Source: Euglena gracilis
Taxonomy: Eukaryota
DNA length: 64,000 nucleotides
Assembly: GCA_039621445.1 (NCBI GenBank)
Contig: CP154954.1
Coordinates: forward strand, 39,641,816-39,705,815
Direction: 5' to 3'
The notes under the pieces were generated by a model, which was not told the origin of the DNA, made no database searches, and saw only the letters and a program-made list of their open reading frames with translations. Below, piece by piece: positions 47,751 through 59,616 of the stretch. The first letter of the stretch is position 1. Every line of letters starts with the position of its first letter. A program made the translations under genes and the position numbers.

Positions 47751-50700
47751 CTCGCGGCCGAAGCAAGCAAATGGCTTCACCGGCGGCCGAAGTAAGCAAA
47801 TGGCCGCTGGTGCGGCTGAAGTAAGCAAATGGCCGGTGTGGCCGAAGCAAGCACCTGACTGCTGGTGCGGCCGAAGCAAGCAAAAAAAAATGGCTGCGCA
47901 CGGCGGCCGATGCAAGCAAATGGCCGCTAGTGCGGCCGCAGGAAGCAAATGTCTGCTCTTGCGGCCGAAGCAAGCAAATGGCTGGGAGTGTGGCCAAAGT
48001 AAGCAAATGGCTGCTAGTGCGGCCGAAGCAAGCAAATGGCGACTAGTGCGCTGAAGCAAGCAAATGGCTTCTACGGCGGCCGATGCAAGCAAATGGCTGC
48101 TGAAGCAAGCAAATGGCCGGTGTGACCGAAGCAAGCAAATGGCTTCTAGTGCGGCCGAAGCAAGCAAAGGGTTGCTGGTGCGGCTGAGCAAGCAAATGCC
48201 TGTATTGCGCTGAACCAAGCAAATGGCTTCTACGGCGGCCGAAGCAAGCAAATGGCTGCTAGTGCGGCCGAGGCAAGCAAATGGCTGCTAGTGCGGCCGA
48301 AGCAAGCAAAAATGGCCGAAGCAAGCAAAAAAAAAGTGGCTGCTACGGGGGCCGATGCAAGAAAATGGCTGCTGGTGCGGCCGAAGCAAGCAAATGGCTG
48401 CTGGTGCGGCCGAAGCAAGTAAATGGCTCCTAGTGCAGCCGAAGCAAGCAAATGGCTGCTGGTGCGGCCAAAGCAAGCAAATGGCCGGAGTGGCCGAAGC
48501 AAGCAAATGGTGGCTGAAGCAAACAAATGGCCGGTGTGGCCGAAGCAAGCAAGTGGCTGCCAGTGCGGCCGAAGCAAGCAAATGGCTGCTAGTGCAGCCG
48601 AAGCAAGCAAATGGCTGCCACGGCGGCCGATGCAAGCAAATGGCCGCAAGTGCGGCCGAAGCAAGCAAATGGCTGCTAGTGCGGCCGAAGAAAACAAATG
48701 GCCGGTGTGGTCGAAGCAAGCAAATGGCTGCTAGTGCGGCCGAAGCAAGCAAATGGCTGCTGGTGCGGCCGAAGCAAGCAAATGGCCGGAGTGGCCCAAG
48801 CAAGCAAATGGTTGCTGAAGCAAACAAATGGCCGGTGTGGCCGAAGCAAGCAAATGGCTGCTAGTGCGGCCGACGCAAGCAAATGGCTGCTGGTGCAGCT
48901 GAAGCAAGCAAATGGCAGCTGGCGCGGCCGAAGCAAGCAAATGGCTGCTAGGGCGGCCGAAGCAAGCAAATGGCACATTGCTGAATGGCTGCTGGTGCGG
49001 CCGAAGCAAGCAAATTGCCAGTCCGAAGCAAGCAAATGGCCGCTGGTGCGGTCAAAGCAAGCAAATGACTGCTGGTGCGGCCAAAGCAAGCAAATGGCTG
49101 CTGGCGCAGCCGAAGCAAGCTATTGGCTGCTAGAGCGGCCGAAGCAAGCAAATGCCTGCTGGTGAGGCCGAAGGACGCAAATGGCTGCTGGTGCGGCCGA
49201 AGCAAGCAAATGGCTTCACCGGCGGCCGAAGCAAGCAAATGGCCGCTGGTGCGGCTGAAGTAAGCAAATGGCCGGTGTGGCCGAAGCAAGCAAACGGCTG
49301 CTAGTGCGGCCGAAGCAAGCAAACAAATATGGCTGCTGCGGCGGCCGATGCAAGCAAATGGCCGCTAGTGCGGCCGAAGCAAGCAAATGGCTGCTAGTGC
49401 GGCCGAAGCAAGCAAATTGCTGCTAGTGTGGCCGAAGTAAGCAAATGGCTGCTAGTGCGGCCGAAGCGAGCAAATGGCCGCTGGTGCGCTGAAGCAAGCA
49501 AATGGCTTCTACGGCGGCCGAAGCAAGCAAATGGCTGCTGAAGCAAGCAAATGGCCGGTGTGGCCGAAGCAAGCAAATGGCTGCTAGTGCGGCCGAAGCA
49601 AGCAAATGGCTGCTGAAGCAAGCAAATGGCCGGTGTGGCCGCAGCAAGCAAATGGCTTCTAGTGCGGCCGAAGCAAGCAAATGGCTGCCAGCGCGGCCGA
49701 AGCAAGCAAATGGCTGCTACGGCTGCCGATGCAAGCAAATGGCCGCAAGTGCGGCCGAAGCAAGCAAATGGCTGCTAGTGCTGCCGAGGCAAACAAATGG
49801 CCGGTGTGGTCGAAGCAATCAAATGGCTGCTAGTGCGGCCGAAGCAAGCAAATGGCTGCTGGTGCGGCCGAAGCAAGCAAATGGCCGGAGTGGCCCAAGC
49901 AAGCAAATGGTTGCTGAAGCAAACAAATGCCCGGTGTGGCCGAAGCAAGCAAATGGCTGCTAGTGCGGCCGAAGCAAGCAAATGGCTGCTGGTGTGGCTG
50001 AAGCAAGCAAATGGCAGCTGGCGCGGCCGAAGCAAGCAAATGGCTGCTAGGGCGGCCGAAGCAAGCAAATGGCACATTGCTGAATGGCTCCTGGTGCGGC
50101 CGAAGCAAGCAAATTGCCAGTCCGAAGCAAGCAAATGGCCGCTGGTGCGGTCAAAGCAAGCAAAGGGCTGCTGGTGCGGCCGAAGCAAGCAAATGGCTGC
50201 TGGCGCAGCCGAAGCAAGCTATTGGCTGCTACGGCGGCCGAAGCAAGCAAGTGGCTGCTGGTGCTGTTGAAGCAGGCATATTGCCAGTCCGAAGCAAGCA
50301 AATGGCTGCTGGTGCGGCGGAAGCAAGCAAATGGCTGCTAGTGCGGCCGAAGCAAGAAAATGGCTGCTGGTGCGGGCAAAGCAAGCAAAGGGCTGCTGGT
50401 GCGGCCGAAGCAAGCAAATGGCTGCCAGTGCTGCCGAAGCAAGCAAATGGCTGCTGGCGGTGCCGAAGCAAGCAAATGGTTCCTGGCCGAAGCAAGCAAA
50501 TGGCCGCTGGCGCGGCCGAAGCAAGCAAATGGCCGGTGTGGCCGAAGCAAGCAAATGGCTGCTAGTGCGGCCGAAGCAAGCAAATGGCTGCTAGTGCGGC
50601 CGAAGCAAGCAAATGGCTGCTAGTGCGGCCGAAGCAAGCAAATGGCCGCTAGTGCGCTGAAGCAAGCAAATGGCTTCTACGGCGGCCGAAGCAAGCAAAT

Positions 50701-52310
50701 GGCTGCTGGAAGCAAGCAAATGGCCCGTGTGGCCGAAGCAAGCAAATGGCTTCTAGTGCGGCCACAGGAGGCAAATGGCTGCCAGCGCGGCCGAAGCAAG
50801 CAAATGGCTGCTACTGCGGCCGAAGCAAGCAAAGGGCTGCTGGTGCGGCCGAGCAAGGAAATGGCTGCTAATGCGGCTGAAGCAAGCAAATGGCTTCTAC
50901 GGCGGCCGAAGCAGGCAAATGGCTGCTAGTGCGGCCGAAGCAAGCAAGAATGGCCGAAGCAAGCAAAAAAAATGGCTGCTACGGCGGCCGATGCAAGCAA
51001 ATGGCCGCTAGTGCAGCCGAGGCAAGCAAATGGCTGCTGGTGCGGCCGAAGCAAGCAAATGGCTGCTGGTGCGGCCGAAGCAAGCAAATGGTTGCTGAAG
51101 CAAACAAAATGGCTGGTGTGGCCGAAGCAAGCAAATGGCTGCTAGTGCGGCAGAAGCAAGCAAATGGCTGCTGGTGCGGCCGAAGCAAGCAAATGGCTGC
51201 TACTGCGGCCGAAGCAAGCAAATGGCTGCTGGTGCGGCCGAAGCAAGCAAATGGCTGCTAGTGCGGCCGAAGCAAGCAAATGGCTGCTGGTGCGGCTGAA
51301 CTAAGCAAATGGCTGCTACTGCGGCCGAAGCAAGCAAAGGGCTGCTGGTGCGGCCGAAGCAAGCAAAAGGCCGGGAGTGGCCGAAGCAAGCAAATGGTTG
51401 CTGAAGCAAACAAAATGGCCGGTGTGGCCGAAGCAAGCAAATGGCTGCTAGTGTGGCCGAAGCAAGCAAATGGCTGCTACTGCGGCCGAAGCAAGCAAAG
51501 GGCTGCTGGTGCGGCCGAAGCAAGCAAATGGCCGAAGTGGCCCAAGCAAACAAATGGCTGCTAGTGCGGCCGAAGCAAGCAAATGGCTGCTGGTGCGGCT
51601 GAACCAAGCAAATGGCTGCTACTGCAGCCGAAGCAAGCAAATGGCTGCTAGTGCGGCCGAAGCAAGCAAATGGCTGCTGGTGCGGCCGAAGCAAGCAAAA
51701 ATGGCTGGAGTGGCCGAAGCAAGCAAATGGTTGCTGAAGCAAACAAAATGGCCGGTGTGGCCGAAACAAGCAAATGGCTGCTAGTGCGGCCGAAGCAAGC
51801 AAATGGCTGCTGGTGCGGCTGAACCAAGCAAATGGCTGCTACTGCGGCCGAAGCAATCAAAGGGCTGCTGGTGCGGCCGAAGCATGCAAATGGCTGGTCA
51901 GTGCGGCCGAAGCAAGCAGATGGCTGCTGGTGCGGCTGAACCAAGCAAATGGCTGCTACTGCGGCCGAAGCAAGCAAAGGGCTGCTGGTGCGGCCGAAGC
52001 AAGCAAATGGCCGGTGTGGCCGAAGCAAGCAAATGTTTGGCAGTGCTGCCGAAGCAGGCAAATGGCTGCCAGCATGGCTGCTAGGGCGGCGGAAGCAAAC
52101 TATTGGCACGTTGCTGAATGGGTGTTAGCGCGGCCGAAGCAAGCAAATGGCCGGTGTGGCCAAGGAAGCAAATGGTTGCCAGTGGCCGAAGCAATCAAAT
52201 GTCTGGTGGTGTGGCCGAAGCAAGCAAATGGCTGCCAGCATGGCTAAAGCAAGCAAATGACCGGCAAGGCCGATGCAAACAAATGGCCGGTCCGGTGCAA
52301 GCAATCAGTG
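47751..52310 (+). repeat. Satellite array, right arm, with higher-order duplications
   Basis: Same unit and orientation as the left arm. The block near 48676-49130 recurs at +1099. Confidence 0.97.
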
Positions 52311-52754
52311 CGGTGAGTGCCCAAGGCGGCAGAATGTTTGTTGTGAGAGATGATCTCAGTTTGGCAAAGCGCTGCCACAAGCTACATTACCAAAGCAAAT
52401 GTCCTTCTTGGTGATTTCTATTGAATAGGTGGTGCAAAAATTCAGGGGCAGGTTATAGGTGCCTGGCCAGCAATTGCATTGCCACGGAACCGACCCATCT
52501 TGACAGCCCTGCTGATGTTTGATGGTGGTCAGTATTGGGCCACTCACAAGTTACGTGGTGCTTTGTGCATATTTCGCTTGTGTTGTTTTCGGAGCAATTC
52601 TGCTTGCAGGTTCGGCAACTTTATCAGACGGCATTTTCGCTTTTTGTTGTGCTTTTTTGTGGGGGTTTGTGTTCTGCGGGACACACTTTGGGGGATGCCA
52701 GGCGGCAAGCAGCGCCACCGCTGGCTGCTGGCGCGGCAGAAGTGGCAGGATGGC

Positions 52755-53316
52755 TTTCAAGCACTGTTTTGAGAATTTCCAGATGTTCTGGGCGTTCCCC
52801 AACAACAAGGCGCAGTACCCGCACCCCAGGGATGTATGGGAAGCCCTTCATTTTGGGGTAGAAGGTGGGTTGGCGGGGGTCCCAACCCCCTGCCCCCCAA
52901 TGGGCTGCAGGGTGCCCCCCAAGTCCAGACCCCTCTGGTTCCAAAAACATCGGACAGTTTTCTGCCAGCGCTGCATCTCAGAAAATGCAAAATTTACTCC
53001 CCCCCTCATTTTTCAGGAATTTCCACATTGTCAGTGCTTTGATGTTTTCCGGAAGGGGAAAAAATGGTTAGAAATGCGCATTCTTTGTGTCTGTTTTAGA
53101 GAAGAATCAAAACACTGTTGAACAGTTTTGGTTTGTCATCCGGCCTTTTGACAATTCATATGATCCCTCCCCCCTCCATCTTTGGAGGCAGGTGGGGGGG
53201 TGTTGGACTCCCCCTCGGCTTCCCATACATCCCTGCCGCACCCACGGTTCTTCCCCGAGAAGGTGTGGCAATGCTGTTATGCTGTCAAGAGCTCTAATTT
53301 GATTGGGCGGGGTGGG
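52755..53316 (+). repeat. ~550-bp interspersed direct repeat, copy 1
   Basis: Collinear with 62509-63057 (e.g. CTCTGGTTCCAAAAACATCGGACAGTTTTCTGCCAGCGCTGCAT). Confidence 0.9.
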
Positions 53317-54118
53317 AGGGGGTTGAATCCCAGCTTGCCAGCCCCATTGCTGGGTCTGCTTTTTTGCGGCGGAGGACTGACTGGTTTTTTATCTCCAAAG
53401 TGATTCTTTGTTGTTTTGCCCAGTCAGGAGTGCTTTTAGTCTTGGACCCTGAGTGGGGGGGGTAGGGTGGGTGGTTGGGTCTGGCCAACCGCCCCCCCGG
53501 GATATATTTTTCGGCGCCGAAGGCAGGAGCCTTTTTTTTTTTAGGATTTTCTTTATTTTTTGGTCAATTTCATGGAAAAGTGTGTGGGGCCCATGGGGGG
53601 GACCCCCCGGTCTTAGTCCCCCCGTGTGTGAATTTCTGTTTTATTTGGAGCAGTGGAAGTGATCATGTGTGTGGGGAGGGGGGAGGGGAAATGTGTGCAA
53701 GTTTGTCGAAAATTTTTTTCCCGTTGCCAGGTGCTGAAGGCATTGGACACTGTGGTCGAAAAATAATCTTCATGCAGGTGGGCTTTGCACAAGGTATGTC
53801 TCCAAATAAATAGATCCCGTTCCTGCAGCCATTTTCAGCCGGTCTTTGCTGTTGGTTGGCAGACAACGTTAGGAGAGAAGGGTGAGCTGGGGCTCTCTAG
53901 GGCCAGAATGATTTTCAAAAAAAGTGGCTGATTGTTCATTTTTGAAAATCAATAGTGTTCGTCAGCGCCAGCATGGTAGCGTGCACGTGGGGGTGGGGGT
54001 GGGGGTGGGGGTGGGGGGGGGGTTCGGTCGGAGCGGTGAGGGGGACCTCACCGCGGGGCGCTGTCTAGGCCGTGATGACCGTGATCACCACGATGCTAAG
54101 CGCCCCATCCCTTTTCCA

Positions 54119-57100
54119 TCAGGTCGGTGGACCCTCAGCCGCTCGCCCATGACGGGGTAGCGGTGCCCTCGCAGGTTGCCGCCAACAGTCCAAGGTGGAC
54201 TGACGCTTTGGTGGGGGCACATCCGCCTCGGCGTCCGGAGACCGCGCCCTGGTTGACGACCTCGGCAGGGCGGGGGGCTTGGCTGACGCTGCTCGTGCCG
54301 GAGGGGCTGTCCGCCGTCTCTTCACTGGAGCCAGGTCCTCCACCGCTCGAGCCCGCCGGTGATCCGCCTCCTCCGGCGGCGCCGAGACGCGCAAAGACGA
54401 CAGATACTCCTTCCACCGTTGCTGGAACAGCTCGTACCAGGCAGCTGGCTCCCCGGGGGCGGGCGTCACGATCTGCACCGGCCAGCGCTGGTTGTGGCTG
54501 TCCCGCAGGCCCGGTCCCAAAGCGCCGACCACATCTCGGGGGATCATGTAATCCCGCAGCTCGTCGTCCAGGCCCACCTGGCGACGCAGGCGTCGGGTGA
54601 AGCCCAAGACCAGCGCGGACTCCGAGCTGCCCGCGGTGGACGGGAAGGGCATGCCCTTGTCCACCTCCCACAACAGAAGGAGCGCTTTGCTCGGCAACCC
54701 CTGCTCCACCGCCGCCGCCCGCAGGTGGGGGTGATACCGCAGCCAAGCAGCAAGGCCTGCGTCCACCTCCTCGATGGTTGCCGCTGGTCGGGGTACCGGA
54801 CGGGCAGCTAGTTCGCGTTCAGCCCGCTGGCGCCATCGGTCCGCATCCCAATGCATGCTGGGGGTGCGGTTATACAGCCACCAAACCGCCACCCAAGGAG
54901 TTCCGCTGGAGGGGGGGGCTCAGGTCCGCGGCGCCCACCAGATTGGCCAACGCCTTGGCGAAGCCGGACAGGCGGTGAGCTGGCAAGGAGCCAGGTGTCG
55001 TGGTGTAGTGCTCCCCCACCAACTCCTCAAAGAGATCCAGAAAAACCTCCGACCGGCAGCCGCGGCTGGCAGGGCAGACCACCGTATGCTCCCGCAGCAG
55101 CACGACCAAGCGGGACTGCAGCCACCGACGGCGGGGGCTTCCACACCGGGGGGGCCCGCGGGGGGCCTGCAGGGGGCGGCGGAGCAGGGTGCTGCTGTCG
55201 CTGCCGCAGCTCCAGGGACCGCAGCTCGGGGACGCTGAGACGCAGCCCCGGGGGGAGTGCGTAGGAGGGACTGCTTGCTGCTGGCGTCGTCGACAGGTCC
55301 GCGTCGTCAGCAGGTGGTCGGTCAGAGGGCGCTGCTGCCACCACAGGGGAGGTGGCGATGAGCTCACCGCGACGGCGGAGGAGTTCAGCCGTGCGCTCAG
55401 CCAGGGCCATGTGCAGCGCCAGCATGAACCGTGCCGCATCCGCCGTGGGAAGGGCGTGGTGGTGCAGCACAGTGGAGGGGATGAGCGCCGCCAGCAGAGG
55501 GAAGCAGTGTGCCGTCAGCCAGGTCGTCGGGGGGAGCGGCACGCCGAGATTCGAGGTGGCACAGGCCAGCGCCCACACGTCCATCAGGGCCGGGAGTGGG
55601 GGGGCAGCGCCGGTGGCCGGATAGCTCGCCAGCACGTGGGCGTCGTCCTCCGCCTCCACCCCGCAGCAGAGGCAGACAGGGGACACCACGCCGCCGATGC
55701 CGTGTCGTGCCAGACGCCCCCGAGTAGCGAGACAGCCACCACGTACACGGGCGACCCACTTGATCACCCGCGGGGCCACCTTGTGCACAAAGCCGCCGGG
55801 CTGGACCACCGGCCGGCGGAAGATGGCGGTGGAGGAGGCCCAGTCGAAGTCCAAGCCCACAGGGAAGAGGATGTCCAGCCGGGGGCGAGGTCCCTTGGAG
55901 GACCACAGTCGCCGACAACGTCGCCACCACGCCGCCGGGAAAGAGGAGGGGACGCTGAGCACCACCGAACCACTGCCATCCAGCAGCACAACCGGGTCGC
56001 CCGCCGGGCCCACCATCGGGACGTCCTCCGGGGGCTGGACAGACGGTGAGGTCGTCCCCGCCGCAGCCTGCTTGGCCAGGGCATCGGCAGCATCATTGCC
56101 CACCGCCTTCGGCAGTCCACGCTGGAGCCCGCGGTCGTCATGGGCCCGCACCTTCTCCAGCACCACGGGCAGGATGCACGCCTTGGCTGCTGCCAGTACC
56201 CGACGCACTTCCACTCGATCCAGGCAGCATAATCGCCGCGTCTCCGACATCGAGCCCCAGCCACGGAGGAGCTGCAGCGCGCACAGCGAGTCGGTGAGGA
56301 CCTGAGATGGCTGCAAGCTCAGCGCCAGCTCCAGGGCGAGCAGTTCGCAGTGGGTGCTGCTGCGCGGGGCTGGGACGTGGAGCAGCAGGGACTCGCCATC
56401 CATTGGACGCCACACCGCGGCTCCCCCTCCTCCAGCGCAAACCGAGCCGTCCGTGAACACCGCCTGCTCATGGGGGTCGTTGATGTCGTCCATGGTAAAC
56501 AGGGACACGCCCGTAAGTGACGGCTCCGGGAGCAACCGTGGCCAGGATGCGGATCGGCTGCACTGCGCGTTCCGCTCGATGGACCAGCCCACCGCCGCCA
56601 GAGCAGACCGCAGCGCCAGGGAGGGCTCGCGCCACACCATGGAAGGGCAGGCCACAGCCCGGTGGATGATGCTCGCGATGCCCTCGCCGTTCGCCAGGAG
56701 GTGCAGCCAACGCAGTTGGAGCAGGCGGGCGAAGGCCATGGGGTGCAGCGGCGCGGAGTCCCCCAGCCGCCAGCCCAGCGCCACCTCCGGTGCGTTCCAA
56801 GCATTCAGCGCCAGCGGCGGCTTGGTGCACACAGCAGACTTTGCCGCAGCCACCAGTGGGGCCAGCTGTGTGGCCGTGATGTTGCGCAGCTCACAGCCGT
56901 AGAGGGCCTTGGGCAGCACTGTCGTCCACCACAGAACCGCGTTCAGGGCGGCGGGCAGCGGGAGGCAGCGCAATCGTTGAGCCGCGGACAGCGCCTTGTC
57001 CAGCCTGGGCAGCCAATGCGCGGAGTCCCCCACCCGGTTGGGCAGACCCAGCTCCACCCCGACGAAGCGGAACTCGGCCGTGGTCAGGACGGAGGAGTCG

Positions 57101-59616
57101 CCGATGGACACAGCCTGCCCCGGGCCCAGCGTGGACCAGACCTGGACCTTCGTGACCTTCACGCCCAGCAATGCGCACCACTCCAGGTACGCCGCGATCA
57201 GCGCCTCCACTGCCGGTTGGGATGGGGCCAGCAGCACCAGGTCGTCGGCGAAGCTGACGGATGCCACGTGGAGGCCCGCCACCTCCACCCCCAGGCGCTG
57301 AGCGGCGGCCCACCGATGGAAGGTCTCGAACAGGATGTTCAGCAAGTCGGGGCTTGCCGGGCAGCCCTGCGCGAGGCCGTCGCATGCCTGCCACGGCTCG
57401 CCGAAGACGGTGCCATAGCGGAACCGCCTGCGCACGTCCCGGTAGAACGCGGGGAATGTGGCCACCACGTCCTCCGGCACGCCCGCCTGCCACAGGACCC
57501 GGAACACAGCCCACCACGGCAAGCTGTCGTAGCACTTCGCCAGGTCGAAAGAGGCCACCCACAGCTCCGCGCGGCGGTGGCGCTGCAGGCGCATGATGTC
57601 CTGAACCACCTGCGCAGCATGCAGGGTACCGCGGCCCGCGCGGAAGCCGAAGGCGGTGTCCGAGAGGTAGACGGTCTGCAGAGTTGGTGTCCACGCGGTC
57701 ACGATCCCCTTTGCCCACAGCCGGTACAGGACCTCGAGGACGGTGATGGGGCGTTGGTCTTGTGGGCGCGCACCTCCGGACGCCTTGGGGATCATGGCCA
57801 CGTACGCGTCCAGCCAGCAGGAGGGCCACCGCTGCTGCGCCTGCACCAGCGTCAGCAGACGCGCGACGGCCTCCGGCCACGGAGGTGGCAGCGACCTCCA
57901 CACCGCGATGGGGACCCCGGCCAGACCCGGCGCAGCACCTTCCCGCATCGAACGCAGGGCCGCAGACACCCGCGCTGCAGTCCAGGGCGAGGAGGGCCAT
58001 GTGGTGACGGGAATGTAGGTGCCGAAGCGGGAGCCGATGAACGCCCTCCAGCGCTCCTCTTCATCTAGCCCCGCATGTTGCCGCAGCACCTAGTCGACCC
58101 AGAAAGCGCGCACAGCCCCATCCACAGCCGCCGCGGTGAGGCACTGCTGCCCCGAGGCGTCCAGGACAGGGCGCGAGCCCCACGGCACCCCAGGGGTCTG
58201 CAGCCACCGTTGGATCACGCCCAGGTCCTCCTTCCACAAGCGGGGCAGCACAGCCTTGAACCGCTTGCAACGCTCCGCACGATGGCGCCGCAGGAGGGCT
58301 TGCAGGTCTGGGAGTCGGGCAGAGATGGCGTTCTGCACTGCCGCTGCCAGCACAGCCACCGGCACATCCCGCAGCAGGGGCCACCCCACGGCGCTCCAGG
58401 TCGTCGAGCAGAGCCATCCAGTGGTGTGGCCAGCAGCCGGGGGACGAGGCATCCAGCAGCGCGCGGGGGCACTGCGCAGCCAGGCGGTGAAGGACATCCA
58501 GCTGGCCGCGGAGGCAGCGTACCTCCTTGGAGTCGTACGCCAAGCGCCGCTTGCGGGGCCGCACAGTCCAGCCGCCAGCCAACGACACCAGGTGCTCCAG
58601 CGCCGCACGGAGAGCAGCCGCGAGGGAGTCGAGCGACTCGCAGGTTGGGGATGGAGTGCCACGACAGCCGGGGAGAGCAGCCAGCGCTCCACGAGGTCGG
58701 ACCACTACGCAAGGTCGGAGGAGGCTTCATAGAGCAGCGGCGGGGGGCGAGGGCGAGGCGGCTGCCAGTCAATGCGGCCCGCGTCGAGGGACAAAGACAC
58801 CAGCACAGGGCAATGGCCGCCGTCATTGAGCCCCTCGAGGACCGAGGCCTCCCGAACCAGCCGCATCGCCGCGATGTTGGCCAGGACCAGATCGATCCGT
58901 GATGCCATTGTCGATCCACCAGAGCCGGGCTGGTGGTACGTGAAGGGCAGTGGCGCCGGCAGCAGCAGTCGATGGACATCCACCCAGGGACGACCAGGGC
59001 CAAGGAGATCGGCGAGCAGGCTGCAGGGAGGGCGGCGGCCGGAGTTGAGGAAGTCGGTTGCTGGGCTCAGGGACCCATTGAAGTCGCCCAGCAGCAGCGT
59101 GGGCACCTGCATGTCCAGGGCGAAGACCAGCGCTGCGAACTCCAGGTCGAAGGGGCGGCGCTCTGCTTGGTGTGCGAGTGGCGCGTAGACGGACAGCAAG
59201 AGCAGCCCCAGCGGCAGTCCGGGACGTGGGGCGAGACGCACTCCATGCAGTCGTCGCATCGCGTGCAGGCGACGCCATGCGGGGCAGGCCGGCATGGCAG
59301 GGAGGACGGCGATGTCCTGGCGCCAGAGGAAGCCCACGCCGCAAGACTTCCCGTGCTCGGAGCGGTTGGTCGACTGCACAGGACGCCCATGGTGCAGATG
59401 AAGACCAGCATTTGCCGCTGTCGTGTGGGCGGAGAGCAGCGGCACCTGCGCCAGGTGCGTCTCCTGCACCGCCAGCACGTCAGCCGACACCAAAGCAGCC
59501 ACCATGGACACCTTCGCAGCCGTCCAGTGGCTCATGTTCCAGGTCGCGACCCGCAGCACCGAGGCCGGGACTCCTCCAGGGGGGGCAGCAGCCCCCGACA
59601 GCAAGTTCTCAGGCAT
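54119..59616 (-). pseudogene. LINE ORF2: AP endonuclease, RT, RNase H, zinc knuckle, long C-terminal extension
   Basis: ATWNM, VQETHL, LLGDFN, RIDLVL, GHCPV; QRPITVL, FDLAKCYD, GLAQGCPASP, FADD; FTDGS, TDS, KVRAH, GNDAADALAK; CLCC..EDDAHV. In-frame TAGs at 58705 and 58090, frameshifts near 55140 and 54890. Confidence 0.93.

Noticed and set aside
15151-52310. Satellite read as a CRISPR array (constant core plus variable spacers)
   Set aside because: Linkers are short (mostly ~11-14 nt), reused and related to each other. There are no cas genes and the context is eukaryotic.
47751-52310. Many ORFs of the AAEASKWLLVRPKQANGC type in both satellite arms
   Set aside because: They are translations of a repeat whose unit is usually not a multiple of 3, with the same peptide cycling through all frames.
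53985-54022. (GGGGGT)n as a telomeric repeat or chromosome end
   Set aside because: Only 3-4 internal units, fully explained as the LINE target site and tail.
20466-58707. Alternative genetic code or programmed readthrough to explain in-frame stops
   Set aside because: All three stop types occur, at positions implying different residues (Trp, Tyr, Glu, probably Arg and Gln). A' has sense codons at some of them, and frameshifts co-occur. Ordinary decay or sequence error explains them.
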